Shown: positions 57,138 to 64,000 of the stretch, piece after piece
Numbering within the stretch: the stretch's first letter is position 1
Layout: each line of letters begins with the position of its first letter
Translations under genes and position numbers: made by a program
Notes under the pieces: model-generated
Told to the model about the DNA's origin: nothing
The model's database searches: none
The model's input: only the letters and a program-made list of their open reading frames with translations
NCBI GenBank assembly: GCA_934702355.1
Contig: CAKUXX010000006.1
Coordinates: 73,776-137,775 of the forward strand
Direction: 5' to 3'
DNA length: 64,000 bases
From: an uncultured Methanomassiliicoccales archaeon
GTDB lineage: Archaea; Thermoplasmatota; Thermoplasmata; Methanomassiliicoccales; Methanomethylophilaceae

Positions 57138-58405
57138 GCGAGACCCGTCTTGAACAGCAGCACCGGGAGGATGAGGCATCCGCAGAGTATGATGCGACTG
57201 GTGCCGCACGCATCCGGTATCGTGCCTATTGCGGTGGAACAGACCAGGATGAGGATTCCGAACGGCCCGGTCAGGAGCAAGACAATGGTTGCGAGCAACA
57301 GGATCATGACCCGGTTCATCACCCCTTGGCGGAGGCGTGGCGCAACGATCGACATCAGCTTTCCTGACCATATCGTGGCATAGTATCCCAGAACGGAGGC
57401 GACCGCAGTGCAGAGCAGGAGCACCAGGAACCATTGGGACATGAATCCGTGGATCTCGGACCCGGCTATGCCGCCTATCGCCAGGGCGGTGCCTGTCCTC
57501 CCGTTTCCAGACACCGAGAGCACCACCAGTGACAGGACTGACGTCACCGTCCCTATGGACGCGACCGTGGAGATGAACTCCGCGGGGTCCTTCTGAGGGA
57601 ATACGGCCGCGGACACGGATGCACCGACTGTCGAGGTCATCCCCGGGAACCATCCTGCCACCGTGCCCATGATCACTCCTCTCATCCCGGGTCCGGAGCC
57701 TACAGGATCATCGGAGCGGTCGGTTTGCGGTGGTATCGACGATCCCGACGATGACATCAGGATCGGTATGCCGAAGAGCCCTGTCAGCAGAGGGAGCATT
57801 ATGCTCCCCTCTCCGAGGATCCCGGATGTCGGGATGGGGAGCGTCATGCATGCTAGTCCGAGCATCCCCGAGACGATGAATGCCAAGATCCCCTGCAATC
57901 CGGCACCTCTGCGCCATTCGTTCGCGATCAGGACAAACGACACCGCCGCCAGGACGAACGGCGTCATCGATGACAATACCCCGTCCAGGCCGTGCATCAT
58001 CATCCACTGCAGGGGGATCGCGATGACGATCGAGACCGATGCACCTATGAGGCTTCCGATGGCCGCCGCTCTGACGGCATCCATCCCCCTTCCCTTCAGG
58101 AGGAGCCTGTGACCGGGGAGGACGGACACGGCATCCTCGCCGTCCGGAGCACCGATGAAGACCGATGGAACGAAATCGACGAAGGAATGGACGGTGGCGG
58201 CGGACACTATGCAGCAGCTGATGACAAGTGGGACGTAATCCAAAGGGACGAGTCCGTCCAACCCTGCGGAGATGGCGGGGTATGCGGACACCATCATGGC
58301 CGCCAGCGTGTTGACATGGATCCCGGGTGTCATCCCACTGAACAGCCCCATTCCCGATCCCGCTATAGCGGCCGCTATGCAGAACAACATGATGCCCGGG
58401 TCCAT
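57134..58405 (-). CDS. TctA-like (DUF112) membrane permease
   Basis: 423 aa and highly hydrophobic. GLFSGMTPGIHVNTLA and GWFPGMTSTVGA resemble the tripartite tricarboxylate transporter large-subunit family. Confidence 0.7.
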   Translation of the reverse strand: MDPGIMLFCIAAAIAGSGMGLFSGMTPGIHVNTLAAMMVSAYPAISAGLDGLVPLDYVPLVISCCIVSAATVHSFVDFVPSVFIGAPDGEDAVSVLPGHRLLLKGRGMDAVRAAAIGSLIGASVSIVIAIPLQWMMMHGLDGVLSSMTPFVLAAVSFVLIANEWRRGAGLQGILAFIVSGMLGLACMTLPIPTSGILGEGSIMLPLLTGLFGIPILMSSSGSSIPPQTDRSDDPVGSGPGMRGVIMGTVAGWFPGMTSTVGASVSAAVFPQKDPAEFISTVASIGTVTSVLSLVVLSVSGNGRTGTALAIGGIAGSEIHGFMSQWFLVLLLCTAVASVLGYYATIWSGKLMSIVAPRLRQGVMNRVMILLLATIVLLLTGPFGILILVCSTAIGTIPDACGTSRIILCGCLILPVLLFKTGLA

Positions 58406-58460
58406 AGGGGAATCTTCCCGGTACGGAGATGAAATAGTGTTGGCTCGGAGTCACACTGCG

Positions 58461-59024
58461 TCAGAGAAGATGCGGTCTTCCGTCCTTGGAGCTCACGGAA
58501 AGGACATGATTGATCCTGACGCCCAGTTTTTCCGACATGCCTGCGACGTCCTCGCACTTGCTGAACACCGCCGTGACCTCCGTTACCACTGCACCGGCCC
58601 CCCTCAGAGCGCGGATTATCGCGGACAGGGTCCCTCCGGTGCTGATGACGTCGTCGACAATCATCACGCGGTCCCCTGCGGACACGCCGTTGATGTACAT
58701 CGGCGATCTCGAGTATCCTGTGGTCTGGTCCAGGCATATCTCCCCCGGAAGTCCGTAGTTCCGCTTGCGTATCACCGAGAAAGGTATCCCCGTGCGCGAG
58801 GTCATCATGACCGCAAGGGGGATCCCCATGGCCTCCGGGGCAAGGATTACGTCGCAGTCCATCTCGGACACGGACAGGATCGCATCGGTCACCTCGTCGA
58901 GGAGCTCCTTGTCGACGAACGGTATCCCGTCGCTTATGGGGTTGACGAAATACGGATATCCGTTTTTGGAAACGACGGGGCTGTTCAGGAACGCCTCGGT
59001 AAGTCTCGGACACTCGGGGGTCAT
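58461..59024 (-). CDS. hpt: Hypoxanthine/guanine phosphoribosyltransferase (archaeal Hpt type)
   Basis: GYPYFVNPISDGIP.., APEAMGIP, and the VMIVDDVISTGGT PRPP loop. Confidence 0.85.
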   Translation of the reverse strand: MTPECPRLTEAFLNSPVVSKNGYPYFVNPISDGIPFVDKELLDEVTDAILSVSEMDCDVILAPEAMGIPLAVMMTSRTGIPFSVIRKRNYGLPGEICLDQTTGYSRSPMYINGVSAGDRVMIVDDVISTGGTLSAIIRALRGAGAVVTEVTAVFSKCEDVAGMSEKLGVRINHVLSVSSKDGRPHLL

Positions 59025-59078
59025 CCCGTCGCCATAGGAATCCCTTTTTATTAGTGTTGGCTACCGAAAGGCGATAAC

Positions 59079-60146
59079 ATGGATGTCGAACAGAGGCTCG
59101 CCCTTGTTTTGAGGAACACAGAAGAGACTGTCACGGAGGAGGAGCTCCGCGCCCTTCTCATGGAGAAGGAGGAGCCTACGGCCTATATCGGATTCGAGCC
59201 GTCCGGACTCGTCCACCTGGGCTGGGTGCTGGTCGCCCAGAAGATCAGGGATCTCTGCGATGCAGGATTCAAGGTCACAATATTCTGGGCCGATTGGCAC
59301 GCGTACATCAACGACAAGCTCGGCGGCGACCTGGAGAACATACGCACATGCGCCAGGTACATGCAGGACTGCTTCATCGCACTCGGAGTTCCCGCCGACC
59401 GTGTGGAGTTCAAGTACGCCAGCGACATCCTCAGCAACATCGATTACTGGGAGATGGTCATCAAAGTGGCGAAGGTCACCTCCCTGTCCAGGGTCAAGAG
59501 GGCCATGACCATCATGGGAAGGTCTGAGGACGAGGCCGAAGTGGACACATCGAAGGTGTTCTACCCCATCCTCCAGGCCACCGATATCTTCTGCATGGGT
59601 CAGGATGTCGCATACGCCGGACTCGATCAGAGGAGGGCCCACATGCTCGCCAGGGATGCGGCCGACAAGCTCGGATGGCACAAGCCCATCGCGGTGCACA
59701 CGCCCCTGCTCCCCGGACTCAAAGGCGGCAACAGGATGGACCCCGTCGAGTCCAAGATGTCCAAGAGCGATCCCAACGGAAGCGTGAAGATCCACGACAC
59801 CCGCGACGAGATAGCCTCCAAGATGAAGAAGGCCTACTGCCCGCCGGAGAAGGAGACCGAGGCTGAGAACCCCGTTCTCATGCTGTGCAAGTACATCATA
59901 TTCCCCAGGAACGGTGCGATGCACATCGAGAGGCCCGAGAAGTACGGCGGACCCATCGATTTCGACAGCTACGAGGCGCTTACGGAATCATATTACAGCG
60001 GCGCGCTGTCGCCCGTGGACCTCAAATCCGGTGTCACGGACGCACTGGCAGAGACCCTGAAGCCCGTAAGGGATTACTTCGAGGCCCACCCCGACAACTA
60101 TCAGGCCATCCTGAAGGTCGTCGAGAGCGTAAAGAAACTCAGGTGA
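59079..60146 (+). CDS. tyrS: Tyrosine--tRNA ligase (archaeal type)
   Basis: AYIGFEPSGLVHLGW, ADWHAYIN, KMSKS. Colinear with M. jannaschii TyrRS as I remember it. Confidence 0.93.
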   Translation: MDVEQRLALVLRNTEETVTEEELRALLMEKEEPTAYIGFEPSGLVHLGWVLVAQKIRDLCDAGFKVTIFWADWHAYINDKLGGDLENIRTCARYMQDCFIALGVPADRVEFKYASDILSNIDYWEMVIKVAKVTSLSRVKRAMTIMGRSEDEAEVDTSKVFYPILQATDIFCMGQDVAYAGLDQRRAHMLARDAADKLGWHKPIAVHTPLLPGLKGGNRMDPVESKMSKSDPNGSVKIHDTRDEIASKMKKAYCPPEKETEAENPVLMLCKYIIFPRNGAMHIERPEKYGGPIDFDSYEALTESYYSGALSPVDLKSGVTDALAETLKPVRDYFEAHPDNYQAILKVVESVKKLR

Positions 60147-60190
60147 GGTTCAGGCGGGGGAGACCCCGCCGTCTCACATTTCAAAACCCA

Positions 60191-61174
60191 TCACTGTTCT
60201 TTTTCGGATGCGAGCATCTCCTGCTTCTTGATGTCGCGGAAGATGTCCATCGTCTTGCTCATGCATATGCCGAGCATGGCCTCCACATCGCCTATGCCCG
60301 AGAGTCCGGCGGCACCGCCGTGGCCTCCGCCGTCCGTTGTGGTCTCCTCTCCCACTCCGGACATTATGTCGCCGAGGTGGACGCCTTTTCTGACAGCTTC
60401 CTGAGTGGCCCTTCCGCTGATGCGGAACTCCTCGTCCCTCTGGGATCCGACGAAGACGACATCCGCTCCCGCGGACATGATCGCCCTGCACGAGGATGCC
60501 TCGAAGCTTCCGCCGAACGATATCGCCACGATCATCGATCCGACCCTGTCGAAGCGGGTGCGTTCGATGGCCTTCATCATGGCTATCCTCTCGGACATGC
60601 TTATGGGGGCCTCCGTGAGCGTCATCGCCTCATCCATCTCGATCCCGCATCCGACCATTATGTCGTGGAAGGCCGTGAGCATGCCGGCCCGGGCATACTG
60701 GAAGTGGCCGCTGTCCGTGAGCATCCCGCCCAGGAGCATCAGGCCGGTCCATCTGTCCACGGGTTTCCCGGCGGAATCCAGAAGTTCCTTGATTATCTCG
60801 CAGCACGAGGTCTTGCTGTCGTCGCAGTAGAACAGTGATGTCATCCCGTCCCATTTGCCGGTGGATTTGTGATGGTCTATCACGATGCAGTCGTCGGGGA
60901 GTTCGATATCGGTCTCCAGCTGTTCGGGCGTGGACGTATCCACGACAACGACCCTGTCGTACTTCGACAGGTCGCATTCCTCGAGGATGTCGGCTTCCAT
61001 CCTCTCGACGACGATCCTTGCCACGCGGTCGAGTCCGGTCGGTGCGAATACATCCGTTCCGGGAAACGAGCGGGCGAGCGCACAGGCGGATCCGACTGCG
61101 TCGACATCCGCGTTGCCGTGAACGAACACGATGCTGTTCCCCTTCTCAAGCTCCTCAGCGATGCGTTTGAGCAT
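60191..61174 (-). CDS. DHH/DHHA1 family phosphoesterase
   Basis: VHGNADVDAVGS, VVDTS, IDHHK, GGGHGGAAG. Confidence 0.85.
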   Translation of the reverse strand: MLKRIAEELEKGNSIVFVHGNADVDAVGSACALARSFPGTDVFAPTGLDRVARIVVERMEADILEECDLSKYDRVVVVDTSTPEQLETDIELPDDCIVIDHHKSTGKWDGMTSLFYCDDSKTSCCEIIKELLDSAGKPVDRWTGLMLLGGMLTDSGHFQYARAGMLTAFHDIMVGCGIEMDEAMTLTEAPISMSERIAMMKAIERTRFDRVGSMIVAISFGGSFEASSCRAIMSAGADVVFVGSQRDEEFRISGRATQEAVRKGVHLGDIMSGVGEETTTDGGGHGGAAGLSGIGDVEAMLGICMSKTMDIFRDIKKQEMLASEKEQ

Positions 61175-61238
61175 ATCCGGCGGGATGTAGAATGATAATA
61201 TAGTGTTATGTCCGGCCCGAAGGCCGGTAAGGGGTTGG

Positions 61239-62558
61239 TCACTTCCTGACGGTGAGTTTCTGGACGAATCTGTTCTGTCCGAGCCCTGTGATGAGGATGT
61301 CCGACCTGTAAAGCCAAACGGTCACGATTATCGTCGCCAGGGCGAACACTGCCATGTAGGCGATACCGGAGAGCACGAGCATGACATCCCCGTACATCAG
61401 GGCCTGCATGGCCATCATCGGGTGGGAGAACGGGATTGCGAAGGTGATGGCCTTCACGACAGCGGCGCTGCCGTACCATCCGGAGAACATGATGATGAAC
61501 ATCGGGACGAGTCCCATTATGCTCAGGGGCATGGTCATGGTCTGTGCGGATTTGTAGTTCTTCGCGAACGCTCCGAGGATCATGCATATTCCGAGTGCGC
61601 AGATGATGGCGAGGAACATGGAGATCATGATCAGGAACCAGTCCGTGCCGCTCAGGGACATGCCTATGTCGGCGAGATTGACCGAACCTGTCTCGATCTT
61701 GCCGGTCATGCCGTTGGTGTAGACGCTCATGCCGACCATGTACGCCAATCCGTACACGAGTCCGACGATGGCCGAGGCGAGGATCTTCCCGCTGACGATG
61801 GTGGTCCTCTTCACAGGCAGCGTCAGCAGCGTCTCGAGGGTCTTGTTCTCCTTCTCGGAGCCCATGGAGCTGATGACTATGCTTCCGACCATCATTATGA
61901 TGATCATGATCACGACAGGGATCATCATGGTCTGACTTGTCACCTCGTTGGCGATGGCGTAGGGTGTGACGCCCTGATACGCCGTTCCCTTGACGACGGT
62001 GCTGATGTCGTTCGAACCGGTGATCAGCGGGCTCGTCATGAAATCGTAGTCTGCGGAAGGCTCCTGGGCTATCATGACCCTGGAAAGACTGGAATTGAGC
62101 ATGTCGACGACGGTCGTGATGATCGTCGATGGGGCGGAACCGAACAGGCCGATGGGCTCGTAGACGTAGTATTGCATCACGGAGACCTGTTTGTGGAGCC
62201 TGAGGTCGTCGTACAATGTGTCTGGTATGCCTATCACGGCGTCTATGTCCTTGTCGCGCATCTCGGCGACTATGGCATCCAGGTCCCCGTAGTTGCTGTC
62301 CATGGGGATGATCTTGGATGCGGCCTCGTCCCCGTACATCTCCTTGAGCTGATAGTATGCGTTCCATTCGAGGTAGTCTCCGTCGTCGGTGGGTCCGACG
62401 TATCCGAACGATGGGAGCACAGATGCCTTCTCGACCTCGTGACCCATCATACCGCCCATTCCGGCGAGCAGGACGACCATTATGAGCACGGATATCACGG
62501 AACCGGGGGTGAGCATCTCCTTTAGTTCCTTGCGCATGATGTTGGTGAGATGGCTCAT
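61239..62558 (-). CDS. ABC-2 type transporter permease
   Basis: ATG at 62558 (MSHLTNIMRKELKEM..). An N-terminal TM helix and a large extracytoplasmic loop are followed by 5 TM helices. ATGA overlap with the ATPase gene. Confidence 0.8.
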   Translation of the reverse strand: MSHLTNIMRKELKEMLTPGSVISVLIMVVLLAGMGGMMGHEVEKASVLPSFGYVGPTDDGDYLEWNAYYQLKEMYGDEAASKIIPMDSNYGDLDAIVAEMRDKDIDAVIGIPDTLYDDLRLHKQVSVMQYYVYEPIGLFGSAPSTIITTVVDMLNSSLSRVMIAQEPSADYDFMTSPLITGSNDISTVVKGTAYQGVTPYAIANEVTSQTMMIPVVIMIIIMMVGSIVISSMGSEKENKTLETLLTLPVKRTTIVSGKILASAIVGLVYGLAYMVGMSVYTNGMTGKIETGSVNLADIGMSLSGTDWFLIMISMFLAIICALGICMILGAFAKNYKSAQTMTMPLSIMGLVPMFIIMFSGWYGSAAVVKAITFAIPFSHPMMAMQALMYGDVMLVLSGIAYMAVFALATIIVTVWLYRSDILITGLGQNRFVQKLTVRK

Positions 62559-63274
62559 CCTTTCACCGCCTTGACGAATACCTCTTCGAGGGTGTCCACT
62601 TCGAACCTCTCCTTGAGTTCCTCCGGGGTCCCTATGAGGATCAGGTTGCCCTGGTCTATCATGCCGACGCGGTCGCAAAGCATGTCCACTTCGAACATGT
62701 TGTGCGATGACATTATGACGGTCACGCCTTCGGATGCGACCTTCCTTATCAGTTCCCTGATGTCGTAAGCATTGATGACGTCCAGTCCGGATGTCACCTC
62801 GTCGAGGATGGCGAGTTTCGGAGACGGCATTATGGCCCTTGCGATGAGAAGTCTGCGCATCATACCCTTGCTGTAGGTGTCGACTTTGGAATCGATCCTG
62901 TCGCCCAGGTCTGCGATGCGTATGCCCTTCTCCACCATGGCTTTCCTGTCTTCGCCGGTGACGAAGAAGCTGGCCATGAACTCCAGATACGCCCTTCCTG
63001 TAAGGTCCTTGTAAGCGCCCGCATCTTCGGGCAGGTAGCTGATCAGTTTTCTGACCTCGTCGGGTTCGGTCGCGACATCGTGTCCGTACACGGTGATGCT
63101 CCCGGATGTTATCCTCAGAAGCGTGGATATCATCCTGAGCGTGGTGGTCTTCCCCGCTCCGTTGTGTCCGATGAGTCCGAAGATCTCCCCTTCCCCGACG
63201 GAAAGGGATATCCCATGGACGGCCTCGCGGTTGCCATACGACTTCCGTACGTCGTTGAGTACCAATGCTTCCAT
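62555..63274 (-). CDS. ABC transporter ATP-binding protein
   Basis: GHNGAGKTT, YSKGMMRR (signature variant), LAILDEVTSGLD. Confidence 0.92.
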   Translation of the reverse strand: MEALVLNDVRKSYGNREAVHGISLSVGEGEIFGLIGHNGAGKTTTLRMISTLLRITSGSITVYGHDVATEPDEVRKLISYLPEDAGAYKDLTGRAYLEFMASFFVTGEDRKAMVEKGIRIADLGDRIDSKVDTYSKGMMRRLLIARAIMPSPKLAILDEVTSGLDVINAYDIRELIRKVASEGVTVIMSSHNMFEVDMLCDRVGMIDQGNLILIGTPEELKERFEVDTLEEVFVKAVKG

Positions 63275-63403
63275 GGTGATACGTCACATATATAGTATAA
63301 AAAAACTGGTGAAAGTCGTCCACAGTATGCCGTCGGGACTGCATTTCAGGTATGGGTAGAAACGATCAGGCCCCGTTGCGGGACCTGATGGATTGGGTTT
63401 GGA

Positions 63404-63754
63404 TCACTGCGTGGGGGCGTTCCCCATTGCGGTGTTGATGGTCTGCTGGAGTACGGTGTACCTCTCTTTGAGACTGTTCTCCTGTCTCTCGAGGGAACCT
63501 ATCCTGACATCCATCATCTCAATGGACTCCTCCATCTCTGCGACAAGGGCGTCCTTGTCCTCGACTTTGATGAGAAGGGATCCACTGTTCTTGTAGACCG
63601 CTCCGGTGCAGGTCTTCAGCTCCTCGAGGGTCCTTGCGAGCTCGCGCTTCTGGGCGTCGTACTGCATCTTCTGGGAAGATACGGCCTGAAGCTGCTGCTG
63701 GACCTGCTGGAACTGGGTTATCTGATTCTGAAGTTGGGGGCTGATTCCGTTCAT
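63404..63754 (-). CDS. pfdB: Prefoldin subunit beta
   Basis: MNGISPQLQNQITQFQQVQQQLQ.. coiled coil - beta hairpins - coiled coil. ATG at 63754. Confidence 0.88.
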   Translation of the reverse strand: MNGISPQLQNQITQFQQVQQQLQAVSSQKMQYDAQKRELARTLEELKTCTGAVYKNSGSLLIKVEDKDALVAEMEESIEMMDVRIGSLERQENSLKERYTVLQQTINTAMGNAPTQ

Positions 63755-63990
63755 GGTTTCATCACCGCCAGGTTCTCGACGTCCTCTACGACCCTGATGC
63801 ATTCGAGATGGGAGTTCAGCGCCGCCCTCATGGCCGATGTGTCGGCCGCTTCGATCCTTATGACGGCATCCTGCCCTTTGCGGGAGATTGTCGTCTCAGT
63901 GCGGGAAAGCTCCCTTCCTGATTCGGGACCCATTGCGGGCACGATCGCATACGCGACCGTACCCGAGATTGTGAGGGTCGCTCTGAGCAT
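63751..63990 (-). CDS. pcc1: KEOPS complex subunit Pcc1-like
   Basis: 79 aa. IRIEAADTSAMRAALNSHLECIRVV resembles the Pcc1 core. ATGA overlap with pfdB, a common archaeal pairing. Confidence 0.65.
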   Translation of the reverse strand: MLRATLTISGTVAYAIVPAMGPESGRELSRTETTISRKGQDAVIRIEAADTSAMRAALNSHLECIRVVEDVENLAVMKP

Positions 63991-64000
63991 CTCAGTCAGA

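Noticed and set aside
59079-60146. TyrRS HIGH motif reads HLGW rather than HIGH/HLGH.
   Set aside because: Archaeal and eukaryotic TyrRS enzymes vary at this motif (for example, forms ending in Tyr), so it is not evidence of unusual function.
1-64000. In-frame TGA selenocysteine candidates.
   Set aside because: No pair of same-frame ORFs separated by TGA shows continuity of a recognisable protein family. The same-frame neighbours 33701-34990/34997-35911 and 10678-11043/11053-11502 are distinct complete proteins.

Overview
This window looks like an archaeal chromosomal segment, GC-rich by eye and densely coded. The archaeal markers are RadA, GGGP synthase, aIF2-alpha, Nop10, ribosomal proteins L44e and S27e, prefoldin beta, Pcc1, archaeal-type TyrRS, and an intron-containing tRNA-Tyr with a C1-G72 pair. 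I call 67 CDS (one truncated at the window start), one interrupted paralog, tRNA-Leu(UAA), tRNA-Tyr(GUA) with a 34-nt intron, and a probable RNase P RNA. Most of the content is housekeeping: ilvC; a lysine operon lrp-dapA-lysC-lysA-dapF-dapL; thiL; rpiA; tyrS; copZ-copA; transporters; and tRNA modification enzymes. Seven things merit a second look. (1) By my reading, 65 of 67 CDS stop with TGA, 2 with TAA and none with TAG. One in-frame TAG splits a transglutaminase-like paralog inside a block that aligns with its intact neighbour, so it is either a pyrrolysine/readthrough site or a fresh pseudogene. (2) A complete partner-switching set (STAS antagonist, RsbW-like kinase, membrane HAMP-PP2C phosphatase) is interleaved with two uncharacterised membrane proteins, in an organism type that has no sigma factors. 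(3) A tight four-gene operon encodes a double-ACT protein, two CdhD/CdhE-like TIM-barrel proteins, and a radical-SAM-activase-like protein that has lost its cysteine motif. (4) A 1240-aa protein combines HRDC, a DUF4011-like region, an SF1 helicase and a Vsr/DUF559-like nuclease, which makes it a defence-like (Hhe-like) candidate. (5) An AT-rich, essentially non-coding island lies downstream of tRNA-Tyr. It carries an imperfect copy of the tRNA 3' end and a dispersed/tandem 12-nt motif, and probably records old integration events. (6) A low-GC islet next to the RNase P RNA holds an orphan membrane protein. (7) One protein tethers an AlbA_2/Schlafen-like domain to the membrane. All family assignments come from motif recognition by eye; no searches were run.
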